A DNA stretch of 64,000 nucleotides from assembly GCF_963853765.1 (NCBI RefSeq), contig NC_088859.1:38688001-38752000 (forward strand). Reading direction: 5' to 3'. This document shows positions 10,859-21,664 of this stretch, piece after piece. Both the position numbers and the translations under genes were made by a program. Source of the DNA: Magallana gigas (taxonomy: Eukaryota). Position 1 is the first letter of the stretch, and each line of letters opens with the position of its first letter. The notes beneath the pieces are model-generated. The model ran no database searches and had not been told where the DNA came from. It saw nothing but the letters and a program-made list of their open reading frames with translations.

Positions 10859-13628
10859 TTATTCCGAGTTATGTGGTGCTCCACAAAGCATGTACTTGTT
10901 GGTCCCTGCATATGTTGAAAAAGCCTTTCCGGTGCCGACACACCCACAGATATTGGACCCATCCACACACGTGACTGTCTCCCCCACATTGTAGATCTTA
11001 CCCCCGGTGGTACAGGTATCTGCAGGACCAAATAAAAGACTGTAACTATAGGCTAAACAAATTCAAGCAAATTGTTTTCAAAATTTTCTTCGAGGGGTAA
11101 CACAGGGCAGGTGTTCATTGGCGGATCCAGAGGGGGGGTTCCGGGGGTCGGAACCCCCCCACCCCTTTCTCTGGGACATATAAATTTTTTTGAAAACTTG
11201 TAATGCCTATTTAAAGGCAATTGTCCCCATTTATAATATAAATACTGTAATTATTTCAAGTAAATGCTTTTAAAATTGCTAATTTAAAGAATTTTTTACA
11301 ACGCACCGTAATTTACATGTACATGTATTTCTTATATGAAAAAACCCTAACGATTTTTTTTTATCGAAAAAGGTACTCCCCATCAGCATCCAGTGCTCAC
11401 ATCTTTGAGTAAACATGTGGAAAATTTTAAAAAAATTAACTAAGCAGTGGTGCTAAAAACACAGATTTATAATAACATCTCTAACATCTACAATGTATTG
11501 TCTACTCTATTTCTTTAAAAAATGGATTATAGTTAATTTTATGCAAGTTATGCTATTTTTCTGGAATGCTAGCTATACCGTACCTTCATACCCACATGAA
11601 ACACAAAAGAAAGCCCTTTTTTGGTTTTTTTTCCAAGAATCGGAAATTATGTTACAAAATACCGTGTAAGGGGTTTATATATAAACCATTATGAAAATGC
11701 ACAACTTTTCAAAACTTTCCTGAATAAGATCGCATCTGTACAAGTGCCGGGTGATGTGGCGCACCCATTATACAGAGGTCACATCAAGTTCCCTGGGACG
11801 ACTATTGCTTGTACAATTGTATTTCACATGTTCCATCTATTCAGCAGATAAACTATCCCCATTTTTGTCATATCCAATCATTTAGACCTTTATTTAAGAA
11901 GGCAACCGATAGAAATCAAAGTCAATAAATAGTTCAGAATTTAACCATCAAAGACATAATTTTTTTTTACCAAAAATTCATTTTTACAATAGCTTGTCGT
12001 AATAAGTCTGAATTATTTTTGGTTTCTTACTGTTTCTTTCTATTAAGCATAGCATAGACGCACGTTCTCATTGCTGGAAACTTCCTTACCTAAACCAAAA
12101 CGCTCAATAATGCAGTGCACTCTGATATTAAAATACATGTAGATGTGAAATAAATATTGATGAGATAAATGTTCATTAAATTTACGCACGGAAAACGTTC
12201 AAAAGGCCTTGTTTATTGACAAATAATGTATTTTGCATGTATTGATTTTCATCAATTGGAACCCCCCCTTTTCAAAATTGCTGGATCCGCCTCTGGTGTT
12301 AATAATTTGAATACTGTCCATTACGTCCGATATTGAGCGACCCGAGGTGCGTTATATGGTTGTATTATCTCTGAAATAACTGACAATTCAAGGTCTATAA
12401 CTTTAAAAAAAACCAAAAAAAAAACAAAAACAAAAACAAAAAAACAAAAAAACGCCACCAACTTCTCTACCGAAAATGGGAAATTCTTTAATATTCTTGC
12501 TTGCATTAGTTGACAAATATTGAATGTATTGTCCAGGGGAAGACATTTTTAAATATTACAACTTAGCTGCAACTACTCTATAAATAGTGCCTGTTTGGGA
12601 GGGTAACAATATATAAATAGTGCCTGTTTGGGAGGGTAACAGTTGAAATTGACACCCCCGAGAAAACCATTGTCAACCGACGCGAATTTTGTCAACCGAC
12701 GCGAAGCGGAGGTTGACAATGGTTTTCGAGGGGTGTCAATTTCAACTGTTATCCTCCCAAACAGGCACTATTTATTTTGTTATACTGAATGTCTTAATTT
12801 TTAAGAAAATTTTACTGCTTTTATATAGGAATTATACAGCGAACCGTACGCGCATAATTTTCGCGCATGTAACATTTTTTAATGTTACCCGTTGCTAAGT
12901 GCGTTACTAACGCTGAGGGTAAAAGAAAATATTATTAACTGCGTCTTAACCAATCAGATTTCAGTAATTAACATGAAAGTATAGCAATTGAAATTGACAC
13001 CCGAGAAAATCATTGTCAACCGATGCGAAAGGTGGACATGCAGTTTACCATGAGTAGATCCCGAGTTTGACAAGTGCAACCCAAAGTACTAGTCCAAGCT
13101 CTTGTCAATACGGCTCTAGTTGGAACAATATATGCTGATATTATTTATTTTCATGAAAGAAATTAGAATTTTTGTCAATTGTTAGGTTCTGTAATTGTAC
13201 CTGGACACAAGGGGCAGGGTTCGCCCTCCTGATCGACCTGTTCCTCCCTGGGACAGCTCGGGACCTCACACTCCCAGGTCTTGCAGTAATGCAGCTTCTC
13301 TTGATAGTCATACACACAGTTCGCCTTTTCTGTGGGTCTCTCCTCCTCGTCGAAATAGACCTTGCAGTCGAAGTACGATTTCTCATTTCGAGAACCTTGC
13401 ACTGCCATTGCATAAAAGATAGTGCAAACTTAATAGTACAACTGCCTTTTCATGGAGAAAACAATATTAATTTTTTTTTAATTTCATCAATTTATTTTAA
13501 ATCTTTATGTCTTTGAAAAAATAGACCAATAGTATTTGTATAAAGTGCATATGATGTAAGAACTAACCTGCAAAAACAGCCATGGAACAAACACATGCGG
13601 CAAACGTCAGAGAGAGGTTCATTTTCAT
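10859..13628 (-). CDS. Secreted 12-cysteine protein, VWC/pacifastin-like, copy 2, 140 aa, 3 exons
   Basis: Exons 13628-13568 (signal MKMNLSLTFAACVCSMAVFA), 13401-13201 and 11019-10859. Exons 2 and 3 match copy 1 in size (201, 161). C-terminal part PDTCTTGGKIYNVGETVTCVDGSNICGCVGTGKAFSTYAGTNKYMLCGAPHNSE*. All 12 Cys conserved. Confidence 0.8.
11116..12295. mobile_element. 1180-bp non-autonomous DNA transposon with 5-bp TSD in intron 2 of the secreted gene copy 2
   Basis: TIRs CATTGGCGGATCCAG / CTGGATCCGCCTCTG; direct repeat GTGTT at 11111-11115 and 12296-12300; subterminal GGAACCCCCC motifs. Confidence 0.8.
12580..13030 (+). mobile_element. Palindromic non-autonomous element (Crypton-like by inference) with internal duplications
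   Basis: Arms 12613-~12680 and ~12712-12775 are near-perfect inverted repeats around CGACGCGAAGCGGAGG. Tandem duplications of the 5' ~30 bp and of TTGTCAACCGACGCGAA; a partial second copy at ~12985-13030. Confidence 0.6.
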
Positions 13629-14883
13629 TTTTCTCCGTAAGTTGACTCCGTGAGACTTGGATTCTGATTTGAAGTAGAGTAAGGACCTGCTGAGGGGTTT
13701 TATATCGCCAGTCGAAAAAGCAGGTGCGCGCCGAAAATGAATTTAGCCGCACCGTGCAGCATATGTGTGGTCAATATAAATTGTATGTGCAACTGAAATG
13801 ACAGTTATAATTATAATACCGTCATTTAATATCAAATTTACTTGATCGACGGTTAAGTAATTTGAACAAATGAAACAGATGTGTCAAATTGGCCTTACTT
13901 CTGTAATGACTTGCCCGAGGGCTCTGTTTGGGGTCAATTTTACTTGATGTGACGTCATTGTATACGAACGAAAAAAAATATCACCCACTTTCATAACGGC
14001 TCTTTTTTATCAATTACTTACTGATGCTCAGTCCTCCAAATGTTCTTATTATTTCCAAATCTTGATAGAATCTTTTTTCTCAGGTTCAGATTTTCAAAAA
14101 CCACACAAGTATAGAATTACATTTAAAAAGAAGATGGAGAAATAAGATGGTACAAATGCCCATTGGTTCAATTGTAAAATATAATTTCAATTTTGTTATT
14201 TTTCAATCAAAATCTATATGATAATAATTTGATACTATTTTGCATTAGAAGAATTTCTAACTATAGACAGATTGAATATTCTAACGAACATGAATAAAAC
14301 AAGATATCTTGATAAGGTGCACTATAGTTAAAATGTTCTTCACCATTTGTTCTCATTTTACAATTTCATCAGACTATCACGGAGTAAAAAATTCAATGAC
14401 CTATTATTGAAAACATTTTGTATGAATTTTTAAATTAACATTCCTTTATTTGTTATAATTTTTTCTCCATGCTTTATTTCTATTATTACAAATACAATAG
14501 TTATATTTTTAAAGACAAACCCACCAAAAAGACAGAACACAAACTGTCACTCTTTCACTCATTATCAAATTGTTATATCTATAACACATTCTATCTTTAA
14601 TAACATAAATTCAAAAACATTTGTTTACGTAAGGCGTAATAGCCCTTATTTGTCCAGAAACCAATGGCAGTTAAACGCTTTATGTTTTTAAAAAAAATCA
14701 TATTAGCCGACGATGAATAGGGTCATACTTTCATTAATTTATTGAAAATTATTATAATAACACCACAAATTTTGATATAACGTTATGACGTCGTCTTGAT
14801 GTAGAAGGATTGTTTCGTCATTAGATTGTGACGTCATAGTGTATTGATACTAGTTCTACATAGAAACATTCGAAGAAATCAAC

Positions 14884-15351
14884 ATGGGGTTGTTTCAGAG
14901 TTGTTTGGCTAGAAATAACAAAGTCGGTGTCATGAAAGAGGAGAAAGAGGTGTACGATAAGGTACGTCGTACAATGGTAACAGAGGGGGTGACGGAAAAG
15001 AAAGGAGGGGTAGCATTCGGTCTGACCTTCGTGTCAGAGGAAGCCCCAAAGATGCCGCCTCGCAGACTGATGGAACTCAAAAAAGAGGATCCTGAGAAAT
15101 GGAGAGGTGAGCTGGAGCAGACAACTATTATCGTAATCAAATGTTTGATAATATCGCAATTGAGCCGCGAATTGATATTCTAGTTTCTTTTTATATCTTT
15201 TTTTGGTACAGAAAATCAAGGAAAGACTTTGGCAAGGAAACAGATGCTGGCACAACAAAAGAGAGATGAGGCCCGCATTCAGAAACAGATTGAAAAAGCC
15301 CACAAAGAAATGGAGAGGCTCGAAAAATACGTCAACCTTGGTGCTGAATAA
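14884..15351 (+). CDS. Stathmin-like protein, copy 3 (inverted), 120 aa, 2 exons
   Basis: Exons 14884-15106 and 15212-15351 (GTGAGC...TACAG, 105-nt intron); ends [19 protein letters not shown] at 14829-14836 upstream. Confidence 0.7.
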
Positions 15352-16051
15352 ATGTCATAGAGTCGAACCAAATATCTTACAAAGATTTGACTAATAGAAT
15401 GTCCAAGTAACGAAGAAACCCGTCAATCAAGAATCCTGTGATTGGGACATAAAGGTCTAGGACGATTTCTATTTGCTAAAAATGTGTGTGTATATTGATG
15501 TTTGGAACTTTCTAAATCCAATAATTTCCTTTATATATAGTTTCTTAATGAATGATTTGAAAAAAATTCATTTTGAAATAAATATTTTGAAAACGTGCGT
15601 TCTTGATTGTTTCTTTTTTCTAGTAAATATGTCGAAAACGTTGCTCTGGTGGCATCATATCTCTTTTCATAGAAAACATATTTTGATAAAAAGTATTAAT
15701 AAAACTGTCTGAATTCCAAAACCACTTATTAGTAACTCGCTGTATCATGTTCCAGCCATTGTTAATTGATATATTTGTATTACTCTACATGGTGCTAAAA
15801 CTGAACATGTATAAGTGAAAAGAACGTGAAGAAGCGCGAAGATGCGGCGACGAGAAAAAGAGATGTGTGGAAAAGATCTATCTCCTTAATAGGACCGTAT
15901 AACAAAAACTTTAAGGTTGCTTAATATCAAAAACATAACTCTAAGCGTCAGCTCTTTGATATTGTTTTTATTGATATTTTTCCTTTTTGAAAAATAAAAG
16001 CTCTGGCCCCTTACACACCTTTTATACGTAAAATAAATGAAAAAGTGCACT

Positions 16052-16299
16052 GTCGTCCATCCGAATTTTTCAGACCGGGAGCTGCAGCTAGCGTGTCATA
16101 TTGATATGAATATGATATTTACATAAAGAGAAAAGACAAGTACATTTGCACTGGCTTTAACCAATCATACAAAAAATAATTCTACTGTGCACAACGACTA
16201 TCTAAGTCGAACCAAATTCAAATTATCAGTATTTTATTCCCCCTTCCTCTTTAAAAACAGTCTGCAGCTCCCGGTCTGTAAAAAAAACGGATGGACGAC
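16052..16299. mobile_element. ~250-bp MITE with ~38-bp TIRs
   Basis: GTCGTCCATCCGAATTTTTCAGACCGGGAGCTGCAG at the left end and CTGCAGCTCCCGGTCTGTAAAAAAAACGGATGGACGAC at the right end. Confidence 0.7.
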
Positions 16300-16565
16300 C
16301 TAGATCGTTAAAAAAAAAATCAAACCGGGAGCTACAGACCTGCAGCTAAGATTTAAAGCGCGTTATCAACACAAAATCTGTAAAAATAAAATTCGTACTT
16401 TGTCAAACACTAAAATATGAGTAACTTTTCCTCTTTAGTTCCCGACCAACACACAAAATAATGATACAAAAGATGTATTTCTAAAGAATATATCATTTAA
16501 TGCAACAAAATGTGTAAAACAAACAAATAAAACAGGTGGGAAATGAGGTAAAGTGATGGAGTTGT

Positions 16566-19500
16566 TTAGTGGATCAGCATGAGGGCGATGACCGTGAGTT
16601 TGTCCACTGACTGGATGTTGTCCTTGCCCAGCAGAAGGCGGGTCCCGGCCCCCAGGGCGTCCTGTCGACTAAAGGCGCTGTGGAGGTCCGCCACGGGGGC
16701 TGCTCCAACCACCCTACAACCACAGGAAATAATTAATCCATGTAGATAAAAGGGAAAGAATACGTCAATATATTTTAAAATCTGAGAAACAGACACAATG
16801 GAAGAGTTGCAATCACTGACATCAATTTTTTTCAAGCAAATTGCATTGGATTTGTAACCCATTAACTAGTTAGAACTATGTACAGAGATATACCGTCGGA
16901 TTAGTTCACATCCTGCAAATCCAGCCATTTCTGACAGCAGGTTGTCTTGATACTGTTGTAGTGTCCCTACACTGCTCGTCATTTCCTTCAGGTAACTACT
17001 CACTGTAACAGTGAAGATTGTAGTCATCAGACGGCAATGAGGATTAAAACGAAGATGAACACAAACCAACGGCCATTATTGCATACGCTTACTGACACTG
17101 CCGTGGGTTTCCGGAGATGACACAAAACTAATTGTGATGTGATATGATGTTTTGATTGTAATGTGATACAATGAAATGGTTGTGATGTGATAGGCTGTCA
17201 GGATTGTGATGTGATACATTGGTTTGCTTGTGATGTGATGCCATGATATGGTTGTGATGTAATACATCGATATCATTTTGATGTGGTACGATGTTATTAT
17301 TGTGATTTGATAGGATAATTTTATTGTGATGTTATAACTTTGATTTGATACGATGACATGATTGTGATGTAATAAGATGTTATAATTTTGATGATATACG
17401 ATGTAATAATTGTGATATGATACAATGATATGGTTGTGATTTTATATGATGAAATGGTTGTGATTTGATACGATTACATTATTGATACATGCTATGACGC
17501 ACCTGTTAATTTACATGCTTCTATCATCTTCTGCGCAAACTTCCGGTGTCTGTCGTTGTCCTCTGGTATAGACATGTGTCCGTAGTAAGAGAAAATATAA
17601 TTGGCCAGGAGAACCCCGATATCAAACGCTGGGGGTCCCATGTAGGCAAATTCCAAATCAATCATCTGGATGTATAACATAACAAATATCAAAACGACGG
17701 TGTTAAGCCGTTTTGTTTTTTCTTCATTAGGCGTCCTTTTCTTACATTGTTAATGATGTGGTAATAGTTGTCACAATTTACGTCCATAATTACTTTCCAT
17801 ACATTTTGTGCTACGTTTATAATGTTACTTATTTATTGTTAGAGTTGCTTTCCATAGTTTAAAGCTCACTCAGCCGGTTTTACTAGGCGGGTTCTAAGCC
17901 CGTGCATTTAAGAATTCACTCTGGGCGTAGCAATTGGAGAGAGCGGACGTTTTCTACCAGCTCCCTCATTTCATCCTACATGTAATGTATAAGTATTTCT
18001 GACCAGAGTCCAACTATTCTGGGTAAGTTTGTTTTTATTTTAATGAAACGGATTTAATGCCGTATTTATTCCTAAAATGGCCAGATAATCTTGTTTTATA
18101 TTTTCCGTGAGTAATTTGGAAGTATTTCGAAGTAATGTGTGATAATGAGTATTTGCTCATACGGAAACTATTAAGTAAAAGTATGTGTATTGTTGTGATG
18201 TAAACATATGTTGTATGTATTTCAGAGTAAGGCGCGTAGTAGTTGCCGTAAAATAAATGTATTTATGTAGTACACAAGTATATGAAAGTGAAGTACGTGT
18301 ACGAGTCTAGTGATTGAGTAAAGTAAAGTATATGTAGTGAAGTAGTAAAGTTATGTACAGCAAAATGTGCAAATGTAAGTGTAAATACAGGAAAATGTAT
18401 TTAGTAGAGTAATGCGCAGTAAAATGCAACTATGAGTAAAATAATGTTATCTGTGTATTTATCATTTCATTTATATTTCAGATCCCTTTTTGTACCTTAA
18501 TCTCAAGTCTGTTGAAGAATTGGAAATTTATCTGTAAATTATCACCTGAATAAAAGCTACGTAAACCTATTGAACGTTATTATTTTGGAGCCGCAACGCC
18601 ACCCGGCGACAATAGTATACAATAAAAAAAAATGTCCACAGTTTTTTGGGGGTTATATCACTTACTTTTGAATTCCCGCCGTCAACCATCACAGAACCTG
18701 TATGTAGGTCGCCGTGCAGAAGACACTCTTTCTTTGTCAGGAAGATGTTCTTCATAACATCAGCTGCCTCCAAAACTCGGGGATTATCGTAGAGCTGAGG
18801 GAGACTAGAGCTGATGTCTTCCGAGAGTCTGTTGGTGCTGTCAGACTTGTCGAAAGGTTTCGTGAAAATATACTGCTCCGTTAAGGAAACCAGTTCAGTA
18901 TCTCTGTCGTCATAATATAAAAAAGAGCATCGATCAATCAATTACAATTTTTACTAAATTCTTGAAAAAGGACTGGTGTCATCAGTGAATTTTCATAATA
19001 ATCCAATTCAATTGTTTTATGAACACAAATAATGTACGAAAATTTAGTATAAATACATTATCAGATTATCAGCAGAGCAGGTGCCCACGAGCACTTGCAA
19101 ATACGTACCGTATATCCAGTAATTTTACTCGATTATTTAATATTCGCTTGTTTCGCGATGACTTTTAAATCGCAAAATATTAAAACGCAAAAATTGTATC
19201 CTGCAAAATTTTCTATAAGAAACTTTACGGTAAATTACAGGAATAAGGAATTCTGTCAAACGCCAGCGAGCTCCAGCCCTCAAGCATAGATAATGACATA
19301 CTCACGGGAATTTCTGTTTGAGTTGGGAAAAGCTTTGCTCGCCAACTTTGGCGAGATGTGATTGATTGTGAACTTTGCCTATCCCTCTGGCTAATTTCTT
19401 AACCGCCTCCAAACTACAAACGCCATCTATGAGCTGCTTACGGAAATCCGTATATGTGGTTAAGTCTTCCATACACACTGTAAGAAATTCAAAATTGATT

Positions 19501-21100
19501 TTAAACAATTAAATCAAAATTACACACTAGCATAATATACTGCATCATAATTTTACAGCAGGCTTAAAGGGGCATGGTCACGATTTTGGTCAATTTCTAT
19601 TTTTCTGTTTTTTTTATTTACAATGCATTTCTAATAAACAAATGAAATTTGAGAGTCATTCGTAAAGTTATATGCAAGATACAGGGCTCACAATTCTTCC
19701 TCATGTAAACAAGGCTCGTGCCTTGTTTTTGTTTATATAGGTTCAATGTACCATTAAAAAATCTTTTGCAAGATAATTTGTCTATCTTTTTATTCATTTT
19801 AAGCATAAATAAACAGTTCCAAACCTTTAACACGTTCATTTTAGGTCCAAAACTTAAATTTTTTACTTTAACATTCAAAATATAAACAAACTTTGTGCAC
19901 AGATCACACAATTTCAAGCTCTGTAACTCCCTTATAACTCAACGAATGAAACTCAAATTATGGTTGCCTATTAAAAATGCCTAACTAAAGCATTGTAAAC
20001 ATTAAAATCGAAAAAAATATTTTTTGACCAAAATCGTGACCATGTCGTAAAGAGTTAAGTGAATTTACATGAGCACTTGTGCGTTATTTTTCTCGTTTTT
20101 CTCAACACAATTACTTGTTTTACAAGTATCATAAAATATGTAAATACTGACGCTTATCTCAAGAGACAGGTTTGTTCCATTTTGTGAAAGAAATTCTTTT
20201 AAAATGAATGATTGGTGCATTAATTACTAGTTTTTGATTCTTTGTCATAGAAATAGGGCTGGGGTACACATCCAGGCGCCAAATCTGAGAAAATACGGAG
20301 AGCTTCATATTCAGTCTGACCTCGACATGGATCCAGGGGATACTCGGGACCCAGACACTACAATATAAAAGAGTTCATTACTGACATCAAAAGTTATTCG
20401 CTAATTCTTAGTTTGATCTAAATTCCATTCGGCACTTGTTTCAACGAATAAAGCGCTAGAGCTAGTACTTTGTGTGTAACAATGCAAATACATGTGTCTA
20501 CCTTGATATATGGAGGTGCACTTTTAAGAATGACGCTTTTAGACGCGTTTTTAACCCTTATCACATCGTTCAAATTTCCATCTCCAACTGATGCCAATTC
20601 TATTTCCTCTGTACGAACAGTGAAATGCTGTAAAAGAAAAATATGGAACAATATCTCGATCTTCAGAACATCTCCTTTCAACGATAAATCAATAAACCAG
20701 TCCTTATGGCTGTGTGGAAAGCTTTCAGTGCAATGAGAAAAATTTCCGATAGGCCCAGCGATTCTAATTGCGGAGGGGGGGGGGTGCTTTTACAATTGTA
20801 ATATATTTGACCAAAGGCTAACCGATTCGCCCCATATATATTATTAATTATTGATTAGGATACCCATTTTTCGGGTCTGTTCAAGAAGCAGTTTTAAATA
20901 AACAATAAAATTAACAAAGTACTTAGTAATTCATTAATTAAATAAACAAAGTACTTAGCAATATACTGTTACATACTAGTCCGCCGTACATACATTGTAG
21001 TACAACACTGACCTACCTTGATCTGGTCAAGCCGTGAGTATTTGTTTAGTAGGTCGATGAACGTCGTCCGATTGTTTATATCCTCACTTTCAGCGGTCAT
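16566..21100 (-). CDS. mtnK: 5-methylthioribose kinase (MtnK family, choline/aminoglycoside kinase fold), 389 aa, 8 exons
   Basis: Exons 21100-21017, 20627-20502, 20357-20228, 19477-19306, 18903-18666, 17665-17503, 17002-16894, 16713-16566 (1170 nt, all GT-AG, phases consistent). Motifs VGDGNLN (glycine loop), VILKSAPPYIK, MEDL, LLHGDLHTGS, IDLEFAYMGPPAFDIG, GFAGCELIRRVVGAAPVADL. Confidence 0.9.
17130..17490. repeat. Degenerate TGTGAT-based minisatellite (~23-25-bp unit) in MTR kinase intron 6
   Basis: Repeated GGTTGTGATGTGATACAATGA-like units. Confidence 0.8.
19568..20045. mobile_element. ~480-bp TTAA-type MITE (AGGGGCATGGTCACGATTTTGGTC family), right end degenerate
   Basis: TTAA|AGGGGCATGGTCACGATTTTGGTCAA ... 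TTGACCAAAATCGTGACCATG; colinear with 33967-34454. Confidence 0.8.
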
Positions 21101-21664
21101 CGTAACCCAAGTGTTGTGATCAACAACTTTACAAAGATTTTACAAAAAGATCATACTCGGAGGAAGTTTTTGCGGATAAGGTGACTTGTCTTAATCTGTA
21201 AAATTGCGGTACCACATGATTGACCTATTTAGATCATAGGGGTCGAGCCTGATAAAGATCTGTGGAAGGACGAACATTCGAGTCAAAAGTAGATATTTTT
21301 TGTATAGAAAAATTCCATACTCTGGGATGATTGGTCAGTGGATGTATTAGCAAACAATTAGAGATACCATTTAGTTTGCTTTGAATTTATGGGGATAATT
21401 TTTGTCAATTTTGCTCAAACGTCTTCAAGGTGTTATGGGCGGTTAAACAAACAAGTCCTTATTATTTATAAGCAGTTTGACATACTTTCTTTAACCCCGT
21501 CGCCTACATTTTAACTGAATTTTTCCATTTTTCAACTTGTTCTCTACAAAGATCATAATCAAACATAAAGCGATTTCAACTTTATTCAAATGGTAAGTAA
21601 TAGACTTCATTTCCAAAGGGAAGATAATAAAAAAAAAAAAAAAGGAATCATTATAGTGTTTTAA

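Noticed and set aside
16566-21100. Bacterial contamination as the source of the MTR kinase
   Set aside because: Seven GT-AG introns, intronic oyster-type MITEs and host-like flanks.
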